Shown: piece by piece, positions 47,440 through 60,319 of the stretch | Layout: each line of letters opens with the position of its first letter | How positions within the stretch are numbered: position 1 is the first letter of the stretch | DNA from: the human T2T-CHM13v2.0 reference genome, Homo sapiens | Strand: one strand, 5' to 3' | DNA length: 64,000 bases | Assembly (NCBI RefSeq): GCF_009914755.1 | Contig: NC_060936.1 | Made by a program: the position numbers and the translations under genes | The notes under the pieces: model-generated | The model's database searches: none | What the model was told of the DNA's origin: nothing | The model's input: only the letters and a program-made list of their open reading frames with translations

Positions 47440-48118
47440 CTAAATGTTAGTTGCTTGCTTAAAACCCTTTAAAGGCTCCTACTCAGTCTTAAAGCAAGAC
47501 TGTAAAGATTGGGGGACTGTGTGATAAAGCCCCTGCCTATCTTTTTAGCCTCATTTTGTACCTCTCCCCTTACTCACTGTTCTCCAGTGAGTATTTCTCC
47601 ATATTTCTCCTTTTCTTTAGGTACACCAAATGTTTGACCACCTCACTTTATATTCCTTCTGCTGGGAGCAGTTTTCCCTGTCTCTTCACATAGCTGGCTC
47701 CTTATTCTTCACGTCTCATTCTAACTTCTTAGGGTGGGGCTTCTCCCAAGTTAGTCTGTCGTATTGTTCTTTTTATTTCTTCCATAGTACTTACCATAAT
47801 CAATTCTTACTTGTTATAAGGCATATTTTTCCTCATTAGAACACATGTTGAATGATGGCAGGGGATTTATCTATCCTGCTTACTATATTTCTTTTCTTTT
47901 AAGAGATGGGTCTTGTTAAGTTACCCAGGCTGGTCCTGAACTCCTGGGCTCAAGTAATCCTCTCAGCTTGGCCTCCCAAAGTGTTGGGATGATAGGCATG
48001 AGCCAGTGTGCTCAGCCATGCTCGTTATAATATTTCTAATGCCTACAGAGTGTGTGGTACAGAATGAGTGCTAAATAAAAATTTCTCGAATGAGGGAGTG
48101 ACTGAATGAATGAATGAT
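47440..48118 (+). mobile_element. L2 fragment containing an antisense Alu monomer (~47890-48017)
   Basis: L2-like 3' end with TGAATGAATGAATGA. Confidence 0.55.
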
Positions 48119-48414
48119 CTATCTTTTAGGTAGTTCCTTTTTTTTTCTTTTTAGCATTGCTGCTAACTTTGAAATTTTATATATTTTTGAAAGGCAGACC
48201 TAATCTTCACTTGGTATTCTTAGATATGTCTTTAGTGTACTCTATCTGGTAGTAATCTGTAAGAGAAAAGAGCTTGCCTTTGACATGGTCCCCAGTTTTG
48301 TAATTATTACCTTTTTGACCCGGTGTAAGAATCTTTGTGTCTAAACAAATTTGTCATAGATATAGTTATCTTGTATCATCTTTTTAAGTTTTGAAGTCCA
48401 AAGTAATAATTTTT

Positions 48415-48696
<282 letters not shown>

Positions 48697-49478
48697 TTAG
48701 GCCTTGATCAAGGATTTTAGCACCTAATGTTTGCTAAGCTTAGCTGTCTGGTGCAGAAATACAAGACATAAATATTATTTCGTAGACAGTTATTATTTCC
48801 TTACTGTGAATTTAGCAGAATTTATAGAAGTCTTTTGGGTAGTAAGCTTTGGTTAAATTATTTGTTTTTAAAAAATCGCAGTTCATGAAACATTTCTACT
48901 TATTAAATACAATGTGAATACTATATCTATTCTTGCTACTGGTCATAATTGTTAGCCCTCTCCCATGCCTCTTCTCCTCCCCTGAATATAACATGCGTAT
49001 TAGAAGGTTTCTTTGTGTTGGATGCTGCTCATGAACCATATGTTAAGAGGTTGTCATATTCATGTATTTAAGCCCCATTGTGTGTTGTGATTTCATGACT
49101 TTTATATCTAAAAAAACCATATTGTAGATGTTCTTTAGCTTGAAACACGAGTGCTTTGAAATTTTCCCTTTACCTTTCTATTTGTGCATTCAGTAAATAC
49201 TACACATCTGTTTTAGGCTACTAGTTTAAATAGATGATGTGATGCATTTCTGTGATGTGTCTGGTTGCTGATTTTTTTGTTAATGTTTTTAATAGTGAAA
49301 TTTCTGGTTCATGCTTACCTGGTGAGTTGGTAAGTCGTTATTGGCAGCTCAGGATAGTAAGTTTAAACCAGATTTACAAAGAATTTTTGCTGCCTAAGTT
49401 TTTTTAGACATCAAAAAATTGAATATTTTTAGGCTATCTAATTATGGAGAGCATTAATCCAGTAATTTCTTTTAGAAG

Positions 49479-49665
49479 ACGTGAACGATCAAGAGAGAGG
49501 GACCATAGTAGATCACGAGAAAAGAGTCGACGTCATAAATCCCGTAGTAGAGACCGTCATGACGATTATTACAGAGAGAGAAGCAGAGAACGAGAGAGGC
49601 ACCGGGATCGTGACCGAGACCGTGACCGAGAGCGTGACCGAGAGCGCGAATATCGTCATCGTTAG
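49479..49665 (+). CDS. CPSF6: CPSF6 exon 9, RS/RD/RE-like C-terminal domain and TAG stop (exon extends to 49668)
   Basis: tttag aag|ACGT; [25 protein letters not shown]...EREYRHR*. Summed CDS is 1656 nt = 551 aa + stop. Donor AAG|gtgggt at 49668/49669. Confidence 0.97.
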
Positions 49666-52600
49666 AAGGTGGGTATTCCTTGTTCCCTGTTAAATGTGTG
49701 TGTATTCTTAACAGTAACTATAACTCCAAGGCTACTGTTTATACAGTATATACCTACATTTTAAATGGTCCAACTACTTGTGAATTTAATCTTCTGGAAA
49801 CATCTGAAACAAATTATAGGTAAGTAATGACAGGTAAAAATTTTGACCCTTTATCTTATGAATATTTTATTGCTGAGTTATCACTTTCAGGTTTCAAATA
49901 GTTAATGGTCTTAACAAAGCAAGGAAATAATCAAGAGGACTCATTGTGTACTTCTAAAATCTAAAAATTGGGGTTCTTGTATCACATACATAGGTTGCAT
50001 GCAATTTAAAATACAAAACACAGGGAGTTATTTCACATATATGTTATGTGTTTGGATTTTTAAAAATAAATGGAAAGTTACTATTTTTGAACTAGTTTTA
50101 TTTGTCCCTAAAAATTTATGAGAAAATCTAACACAATAATAGTTTATAATACAGGAGGGTGTTTTCTCAACATTCAAAGAGAATTTTCCTTTAAAAAAAA
50201 ATTTTTTTTTTTAGAAGAGACACTATCCTGACATCTGCTTTTTGTTTTTAAAAGAAACAGTATCCTTTAATTTGCAAAGAAGATGTAAAAGTTAATCAAT
50301 TAAAATGGGTTTAGGGTGCACTGATTTATATCTAAAAATTTTAAATTGTGTCAAGCCATATACCCAAGTTTAGAATACCTTGAAATAATTTTCTTTGATG
50401 TTTCATTCATAAATCATAATCATTGTCTTTTTTTCTGTATTTTAAAACTTTCTTGTGTACATTTTTCATAAAGTGGGAAGAGTTGTCTGTTTATGCTTCA
50501 TTTTCACATGTAATTTTATTTTTTATATTTGTTAATAGCATTTATTCATGTGAAGAGCTGGGGGAGGGCACTATAAGGCTTATGCATGTGACACAAAGGT
50601 TATTCTGTAAATTAAAATATTTTTTCTTTATATGTTGGTTGGCATATTCAAATTAAATTAAGGCTAAACAAACCCCTCATAGGTAAATACTCTTTATGTG
50701 ATTATTTTCAGTAATCATGGGAAACTTACTGAAAATTCAGTCATGGTAATTGTTAGTATTTAAATTGTTATGGGCAAAATTAAAGGTTTTATCAAGTGTA
50801 TGTAATTCTGTGACAGAATACCAATTTCTTTAACCATAACAGATACGCAAATGAAGTCCTTAAATGCCTAGAAAATAAGCATGCTATTTTTATGGAACAC
50901 AGATATAAGCTCCTACACTATTTACAATTTTAAGGGCTTTTTGAGTTAAAAGGCTGGTTTTGATACTTTGCATTTTGAATATGCAGATTGAATATCAAAA
51001 CTTTAATTTGTAGTTTTCCATGTATTACAAAATTTAATATAAATCTCAAAACATTCTTTTAATATGAGGCAAAAAAACCTTTTACTTTTAAAACTAAGCT
51101 TATTGAAATTGATATTGTTTTTGAATGTAAAAATTGAATGTTGTATTATGTAAATCTAAACACTAAATTTTAAAGATGTAGCACTTTTTTCCCCTGAGTT
51201 AAATACATCTGATCCCATCTTAATGAAAAAATTCTCAATATCCATCAGTTGCTTAAACTGGATTGTGACTGGGTTATTAGTTGAAATGCTTACCTATGTC
51301 AGTCATTTCCATTATAGAAGGGTACAGGTTCTGTAAGTTACCTATTTTTTTGGACTTTATAAGTTATCAGCAAGCTTCTTGTTAGTAAAGGCATGATAAT
51401 GAAACTTGAATTCATCTACAAAATTGGATGTGCCCATCAAGGGGCCTCTAAACCAATTTAAGCCCAAAGTTAACTAATTACAATTTCTACTGGTTTTAGT
51501 AAAACTAGCATAGTCAACCAAGTAAACAAAGTCCATTGTTAATCTTATTTGAGTTAGCTAACATTACATTCTAGTAATGGGTACACCTAAATATATCATG
51601 ACTTGAGTTTCATTACATTCAGACATAAACTACAAATTCCTAATGTGCAAACTACTGTTGACATTTTTCTTAATCACTGATGTACCATACCAGAATTTCC
51701 ATGTTTTGTTTGTACATTAATCAGAATTGAGTTGTAATACTGTATGTGCCTTCATCCAAGAAAAATTTTACATAAGCATTTCTAGTGCAAAAAATTCTGT
51801 TATCCTGGATTATTGTACGTTTGCTATATCAAACAGTATTGTGGATGTAGACTTGAATAAAGGGGTGGGGACTGGGATTAAATATATTCAAGTAAATCTT
51901 TAAAACAAAAGCTATCTGCAAATTTGATCACCATCATAATAAGGTCTGTTGACCTTTTTAGAAGTTTTAAAATATGAGTCCTTTTGAGCTTTCATGTAAA
52001 TCTTAAATGGACCAAATGGACTGAGTGATTTGAAAGCTAAAGTGAATGTCACTAGTAAGGCTGTATACAAATAAAATACTAATGTAATCTATTAAAGTGA
52101 TGATGAATGGCTAAAAGGGCAAGTTCTTAACTTTTTAACTGGAAACGTAATGATCTTGGCAAGCTGTTAATGTCTGTCCCATCTTAATTTTTTTTTGTGT
52201 TTGAACTGTTGGTAATGTTAATTGCATTCTCTCATTTTAAAATGTATTGGTTTTTCTAAAAGTATTCAATATCTAAGTTCAAATAGATAATATTTTAATG
52301 AGAAAATACCAATATTGTAAATTTCAGTATGTAAATACGTTGTGCTTCATATTCTGTAATTTCTACCTCTATTCTCAGACCACTCTGAGCAAAATAAAAG
52401 TAGTTCAGTGCTTTACGATTGTACATTTTTTACTGAAATAATTTTAGTTTCATAGTTGAGTTACTTAAAAGGTTACGTTCCTCTTGTCACTTCTTTGGAA
52501 CATCCCTACTCAGCAAATTTGTGTTAACAATTCAGCTTTTCTTTGTTTACTGAAACCAAATTATGTTTTTTTAAAATACTCTTTATTCAGGCTTTTCCTC

Positions 52601-52703
52601 TCTCTATTTTATGAGGTTTTACAGTTCTCAAATCATCCATGACAATTTTTAAGCATTGGGTATGGGGTCTGGATTAAATAACTTGCCTTTGCTATCTGAT
52701 TAC

Positions 52704-53008
52704 TTTTTTTTTTTTTTTTTTTTGAGATGGAGTCTTGCTCTTGTTGCCCAGTCTAGAGTGCAGTGGCACAATCTCAGCTCACCACAACCTTCACCTCCTG
52801 GGTTCAAGCAATTCTCCTGCCTTAGCCTCCGGAGTAGCTAGGATTACAGGCATGTGGCACCACGCCCGGCTAATTTTGTAGTTTTAGTAGAGATGGGGTT
52901 TCTCCATGTTGGTCAGGCTGGTCTCAAACTCCCGACGTCAGGTGATCCACCCATCTCTGCCTCCCAAAGTGCTGGGATTGATTACAGGCGTGAGCCACCG
53001 CGCCCAGT
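52704..53008 (-). mobile_element. Alu, the only one seen in the 3'UTR intron
   Basis: TSD TCTGATTACTTTTT. Confidence 0.92.
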
Positions 53009-56000
53009 CTAGTCTGATTACTTTTTTCCTACCTTAAATATCATGATCTTAGGATCTTAGATTTTGTTATTGCCCAAGATTTAGGATGCTTTGCATTGTG
53101 TATTCAGCTTATTAGCTTTGTGTTAATTTTGAAAAAAAAAAAGCCAAAAGAATAAAAAAAATTCTTACATGTTAAAGATGTTTCATTTTCTTCTTAGTGT
53201 TGCTTTGAGGCTTATGTGAAAATTAAATTCTCTTAATTACCTGGTGAATGATACTGGTTATAATAAGATTTTAAAATTGTTTCTGCAGCTCTTAGGTTAT
53301 CTGAGGTCTGCGTTATAGCTCCCAGCCCTGTTTCCTTGTTTTCCCATGTATCCTAACTGCTCTGCTTCATCTGGATATGTATGCTAGCTTTCATTGCTTT
53401 AGCTCTGATTTTTCTTTGAGTATTCACAAAACCTGTCTCACTACACAGCTGACTTAATTGAAGTTACAAGAGGGAGTAGGAAGTGATCCCTTGAATGGAT
53501 GTATAGTGTGTTTTGCTCACTGTGGTTTAAGAATATAGTTTTGTTTACAAATGATTAATGTTCCCTGTTGAAAAAAAATTCAATGCCAGTGTGAGTCATC
53601 TTGCTCTCTCACCGTCATCTCAGTGTTAAATTTACTACCATTGTTTTAGTTTGTAAAATAGATTGTTTTGAGTAAATTCTGTCTTGAATGAATATTTAGT
53701 TAACGTTGTTTAAAGAAACCTAATAACCAAAAAGGGGTAAGGGTGCCATTTATGCTATCCAAATTTTATGAATTTGTGGTAGCATGTTTTGACTCTCCAT
53801 GAATTATAAATAACAGGTTATTTTGAGATGTTCATTTTGTAAATCTTTTGGGAACAAACCTCATTTTTCTTTGAATGTGATTAAGTTTATTTCTATTTTA
53901 CTGGGTTGTAAGAGCAATTATGTATGTGTTTTATAGAGTAATAAAATGCTTTACTTAAAATGAGGTAAGTACTATGTACAGAGGTAGAAGAAAATATGAA
54001 ATGTTTTGGTAGCAAGAACTTCTTGTAAATATCTACAATAACTAGAATTGTTTTTATGTAATATGTTCTAGTCAACACAAGAAGGAATTTTGATTTTAGA
54101 GTTAACTCATATGTAGATAATTATTTCTCTTGCCCACCTCATTTCCATTCCTCTTATTAAGGAGAAATTTTCAGATAGAGAAAAGTGAATTTTATTTCGT
54201 TGAGTTAGTAGTGCATCTCTAAAATTATGAGAATCCTTTTAATTCAGTATATTAATGTGAAAATCTATAAAAGTGCCCTGTCAAGTATTTATTTAAATCT
54301 TAAAAGATGAATTTACCATGAATTTAAAATACTAATTCTAACAAATGTGCATAGATAAATTTCTAACAGAAACAGTTATAATTTGAGTTGTTAATAATGG
54401 CTTGATATAGTATCTTAAAATACAAGTACTTCTCTGTGTGTTGAAATTTTGCTTAGTGCTCACTTTAGTTTACAGACTTTATTAAAAAGGTGTAGATTCC
54501 ATTTATCATCTTAGTTGTTTTAACATCTGTTTACATAGGCCTTTCTTTTATAATTAATAGCTAAAGCAAGTAATTGTGTGGCTTTGACATTACAGATTTT
54601 ACCAAATGATACATTGAAAACATGGACGTTGAATGTATTTGTCACTTTTAAGCTTCTTTTTGATATCTTTGTTGATGTAGTTGCCTACTTAGACATTTGA
54701 GAGTATAATATGGAATTGGATTATTGGAAATGGGTTGTATTGCCTTCAAATTCACTTTCGTTTAAGACTGTAAAATTTGTATTTCCAAGTGCATAAAATG
54801 TAAAGTGTTTAGAAATAGAAATAAAAACTGCTAGACTATCCCCCATATTTTATGTCTGTATGGTGAAAATTAGATTTATTAATAGAAAAGATCTATCTAT
54901 AAAGTATAATCAAACAAAAGAGTGCATTAGTCCTGGGAAAAGATGTGTGTTGCAATTTTACAAATGGGATTCTCTATATAAAAATAGTATAATTCTCCAC
55001 TGGAGTGATAATGACACAAAGATGCAGTGTATGTGATATGTTTTATGGAAGAGTTGAATATTTTTGTTTTGCTATGACTTTAAATAGTTTTTCCCTCTTA
55101 ATGACTTTTTATCCCTTCCAGCGCAACAGAAAATTTAGGGAGATAGCATTCTTTTGCAGTTAGATTTATTAATTTCCCAGTAATTATTATTTCAGGTTAG
55201 AACATATGCCTTGTCTCTCTCTAATACATAAACCTGTTTTTTAATAGTGTAGTGCAGATAATAAAAATAAAACATTTGAAAGCTGCCATTTTGTATTTTT
55301 TCCCCATTAAATAGTTTCACTAAATAGCTTCATCAACATAAGATGAAGATGCAATAAAAGATAACAATAGTAATGGCTGAAGTTATCTGAAAGATACAGG
55401 CATATAGAAACTATATATATAAAAGAGAAGTCTGGATTGTATTTTTTTTTCTTTTGCAGTTTTAAAATTTTAAGTTATTACTGCTAGGCAGTGTGAATGC
55501 ATATATGTACTGATGCTCTTAAGATACAACCTAGGAAAGGACATAATAGAAAAATTTATAGCAGTGGCAGAAGTAACTCTTAATTGTAGAGCAAAAAGTA
55601 TTTTTCAGTTATTTTTATTTCAAAATATCACTAAACTGTGCCCTATGAACATGTTCAAACTGAAAAAAAATTTTAAAAAACCTTCTGCCCTCTTGACTCT
55701 TAAATCACTTTATTATTGAAGTGGTTTCTTGTCATTTATACTTTCATTACCGACTGTTTCAGTGGTTACTTATATCCAAGTTAATTGAATGTTTCTTGTG
55801 AACCTCTACCTGAAGTTTGCATATATATGTATTCTTTAAATTTTAGTTTATCAACTTTATTCTATTTTTTTTCTTTTATGTGAGTTTTAAATGAACTTTA
55901 TCATTGTAGATTCCCACTTAGCTTGTTTTGGTTAGTTTATAATACTACGTTAGGTATTTCTATATAGGTGGAATAGACTAAAAGTAAAGTAAATGTTTTA

Positions 56001-57009
56001 AATTTGTATTACGTCTAAAGATTTGTACGTGGATGTCATTAATTTAAATGTCCATACTCTATTTATAAATCTTACTTACAAATTTTGTAACATGGAACAC
56101 CATTTGATTTATAATACTTGCAGAAGTTCCTGTATGCTGTTAAATAAATTAATTTGTAAAATAATTTTGCATTTTATATTTAGTTCAGCATTTAATTGTT
56201 AAATGAGTTTATAGACTTGATATGTGGGTGAATGAAAAATATTTACATTAAAATCATCCAAGCATTTTCCATTTATTTTTGTAGTATGCATATTTTAGAA
56301 AATGACTTATGAATGTTTCCATCATCACAGAAACAGTAGCTGCTATGTTTTCATTACTGCTTCAGTCATTAAATTTATAAGGCAATAATATTTAAGAAGA
56401 ATGAAATCAGAATGTCTCAGTTTAATCATCAGGTAAATTGGAACATTTCACCACCACAAAGGCAGCTACTGTTTCAGTTAATTCTTATTTTGTGTTAGAA
56501 TACATAACAGTGAAGTAGATGCACGACTTGTGTATGTATAGTTAAGCCAGCGTTTTTCTGTGTATTTTGGGGAATAGCAAAATCTACATCACAAATTTTG
56601 ACACATTACAGCTGAAGGAAGAGGATCACCTTCCAAGACAAAACAGTCTTCATGGGGGAAAAATGACGCTTGTCCAGCAGTTTGCTTCTTGTGATTGAAC
56701 TGAACCTGTAAGGATTCATGGATAAAATGAACAGGAATAGATCTGAATAAAGCAAATCTGCATAAATGGTAACCAGTAGCTCTACTTTTATTTTTTATGT
56801 TGCTTAACTGTTTTATTTGAAGGAAACCTGTGTGATTTAAAAAGTTATAGCTTTTGCAACTTTATTACTGGTTATATACATTTGGCCATTATGATGTGCA
56901 AGCAATTGGAAAAAAAGTCAAGTAAATGCTTGTTTTTGTAGTAGTTTGTTCTTGTTAAAAATGTTTATATGATAATGTCTGTAAACAGCATCACTTTGAT
57001 TACAATAGA

Positions 57010-57075
57010 TGTAGTGTTGTAATAAACTGTTTAATGGGGCTGATGTGTAAAGCTGTTCAAGTTATTTGATGTTTA
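57010..57075 (+). terminator. Candidate proximal poly(A) site (AATAAA 57021-57026)
   Basis: Preceded by TGTA at 56937, 56980, 57010 and 57018; GU-rich sequence follows. Confidence 0.6.
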
Positions 57076-59970
57076 CACCTCAGGGAAAGTCTTGTGTTCA
57101 GCAATATCTAAAGATAATGTTACTATGACAACATTTTTACTGTCCTTTAAAGCATTGCAATAGCGTTTTTGGATATGCCTCAATCTAATCTTGCGTTCAG
57201 TGAATTAAACATAGTAATTAAGTGTCTTTTGCCCTTGATTTTGATATTAGAATAGGTGATTACATGGATATTTAATATTTCTATATTCTGCTTTTCTAGC
57301 TGTTTTTACCTAGTTAGCTTGTGACTTTGCTGAATGGTATGTAAACTTGTAAAAATAGAGATTTGACAGACATAGCAATCTAGTCAATGTGTAAGGGGTC
57401 AAAAAAACAGAGGTTTTAACACATAAGTAAAAACCCGTACATATTTGATGTGTAATGCAGGTTAATTACAACACAGATGTACCGAAACACTTAATTGTGA
57501 ACCGCTAACATTGAAGAAATTTTGACAATTCCGATTTGATGCTGCAATTACTTGCTGTTTTTATTGATCTTATGGTTTATTTCTTAAGCCATAGTCAGTG
57601 TAAATACAGCCCTGCAGCAGGTAAATGTGAGTAAAGAGAGCCTTATATTTTCCAATTGGTATAAATTTTTGAAGGATGTGATGTTCATTAACATTCGGTT
57701 GTATTCCCCAGTATTTGTAATGGGAAATTACAGATAAACCGTGTCTGCACAGTTTAAGGAATACTATGTATATTCATGCACCGTATTGATTCATGCTATA
57801 GTTACTTAATCAAAGATTTTTTTCAAACCTGCCTTACATATAGGCCCACTTTAAAAGCACCTGACTAGCATGTGTTCTTGATTGCAAAATTGGCAGAGGC
57901 AGGGTGTCAACTTGATTAGGTGTTTTTATGGGAATGTAATTTGAAATCACTACTTCAGAAATTTGACTTAAAATTCTTGAGCACGTTAATATGTTTTTAA
58001 GATCTGATTATCTTTGAGAGATCTTCTGTTAATACACATTGGTTGTTAAAGAGTACCCAAATTCTAGGACAATGCTTAAAGTGTTAAAATACCCTAGATA
58101 CTGTGTTATGTGCAACTGTAGAAACCCTCCAGAAATTTCCACTGCTGTTCTTCACTTTCATCTTGTCTGCTATCAAACCACTTCTGACAAAATTAGCTGT
58201 TTTGAATTACCCATATCACTGCCAGTTTTATTTTAAAATATTTTGTGTTTGAAGTATCTGTGCATGGGATCGTTGATGTTTATCAGAACTGTTCACTTTC
58301 AGAAATGATTTTTTAAAGCATTTTGTTGAAAATGCGGTTGCTTTTTTAACATTATTTTAGAGTTGTATCAAAATTTTCCTGTTTTCTGTATATTGTTGTG
58401 TCATTTCTTGGCTTTTTAATATTTTGACTACAATGCCCTAATGCGAAGAAGTATGGACATATAAATATTACAAGAGAAATTAGTTAATAGTAAAGGGTTA
58501 AAAGGTAAGTAAAATGTCCATGAAAATAAAATTTTCTTTGAACAGTTTAAAAATGGAATCACAAAAATCTAACTGCACTTGAAATGAAACTGGAAATTTT
58601 ATACTAATTAAATCCTTTATTTACCTTTTCATATTTTATCAATGGAACCTTTTAATTGCTCCTTCTATATCACTCTTCTCCTTGCTTGGCTGATCTCATT
58701 ACATGACTTTCGTTACAGACAGTGTGAGTGTACTAGATTTGTTTGCTGCTAATCCGTTATTTTAAGTGTTGTCAGAAGGAAATAACTTCTTGGTTTGACC
58801 AAGTAATTTTGCAAAGTCCTTCTCTACCTGATAACACGTGAATGTATAGCAGTAAAGGTGAAAATTGCAGGCCTTGTTTTGTTCTTCATACCCCCTTCAG
58901 TTGTTTATGGGTTAATGTTATTTGAAAACTCTTCCTTTTTTTAATGTGTAAAAACAATCCAAAGAGATAAATCCTTGCATAGACACCAAAAACAGTGTCT
59001 CAGAGACCTTTTCATTTTTTCCTTAGTTAATAACTGTAGTGGATGTGAAAACAAACGAGTTGAATTTTAAAACATAGCATTTATTAGTGCTATACAGTCA
59101 CATTCCTTTCAGCCAGTAGTAAAGTTAAACAGATGAGTGATACAGTACCTGAATGGTACTGCTTCTGAGGCAACACTTTGGATTGAAAGTGCTGCTTTTG
59201 GTTAAAGGAACTATGTTGTGGAAAGCATATTCCAGTGTAAATTTGCAGATGTGTGTTTTTTTTTTTTTGTCACTTTTCATAAGGTTTGGAGTAAGTTGCA
59301 GTGGCTTTTGATCATAGTTTAGCCCATTTAATGGTCCTTTTACCTAGAATGTTCTTAAGCAGTTAATGACAATTTGGAATACACAGATAACTTGTAGCTT
59401 AAGATACTATTTTCATTTAATTCTCCTGTGGAGAATATTGCTTTATTTTTTACTAGTTTCAGGTCAGTTATTAAAATAAACATGGAGGTTTTAATGAATG
59501 TTGTATAATATTTTATAGTGAAGGAAAATTGTGGAAAGGGCAAAGACTTTCTCTTTCCCTTATGTATTTAACTGTGCCAATCTAAATACATACTGTTTTA
59601 TACAATGAGATGCATTACAAGACTTTTCTGTTGGAGTGCTCTCGACATTTTGGTTTTCATACCTGAATGATCATTGCATTTTCTGTATTTTCTAAAATGG
59701 CTCCAATTTTGTGTTTTAAGCTTCAGCTTAAGAGGAAGTTTATGTTCTAATTCTTGACTGAGAATACAGTATTGAGATTCTCTGTTTTACAGATAACAAC
59801 TGGTTTTTATTACTCATTAAGTTCATTTGCATCCCGTAGCCCTCTGTAAATGTTTCCCCTAGTTGTATGTACGTAAATGCACGCTTATCCAGTGTATATT
59901 AGACATTTTTGTGCTAAAATATATTAAGTGGGATTTTTGTAGCAAAGCATTCTATTTTTCTGTTCTTACA

Positions 59971-59998
<28 letters not shown>
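59971..59998 (+). repeat. (GT)14 microsatellite in the 3'UTR
   Basis: Counted directly. Confidence 0.95.
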
Positions 59999-60001
<3 letters not shown>

Positions 60002-60257
60002 CGTTTTTTTAACCTTAACTTCAGTTTAAACACTGGTGTATTTATTTTTTTAAGCAACTTGACTCTTAGAAGCCTTAGACTGATTTTTTCAATAAATATT
60101 CAACCAAAAATTATAAATTTATTAAGATGTGGCCTTACATATGGCATTCCTTGTGTTCGTAATGTGAGATTTTTGATTTAGATAAATCAAGATTCAGGAT
60201 TAAAGTTTCATTGTAAGTTGAAATAGAAAATGTATTAAAATGTCTAGGCTTCTGGGA

Positions 60258-60319
60258 GGAAGTTCTTATACTCTTCTTTCTTGGCATTAGAAAGAAGCAA
60301 TATGAATTTTTGTGAATAT
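60258..60319 (-). ncRNA. MIR1279: MIR1279 annotated hairpin (mature 60289-60305), antisense to the CPSF6 3'UTR
   Basis: Reverse complement contains UCAUAUUGCUUCUUUCU and matches the recalled 62-nt precursor; visible stem CTTCTTTCT/AGAAAGAAG. Confidence 0.8.

Noticed and set aside
53937-53964. Possible 28-nt exon (tatag|...GAG|gtaagt) in the 3'UTR intron
   Set aside because: Mediocre acceptor and no consequence for the main ORF or NMD; nothing beyond the motif match supports it.
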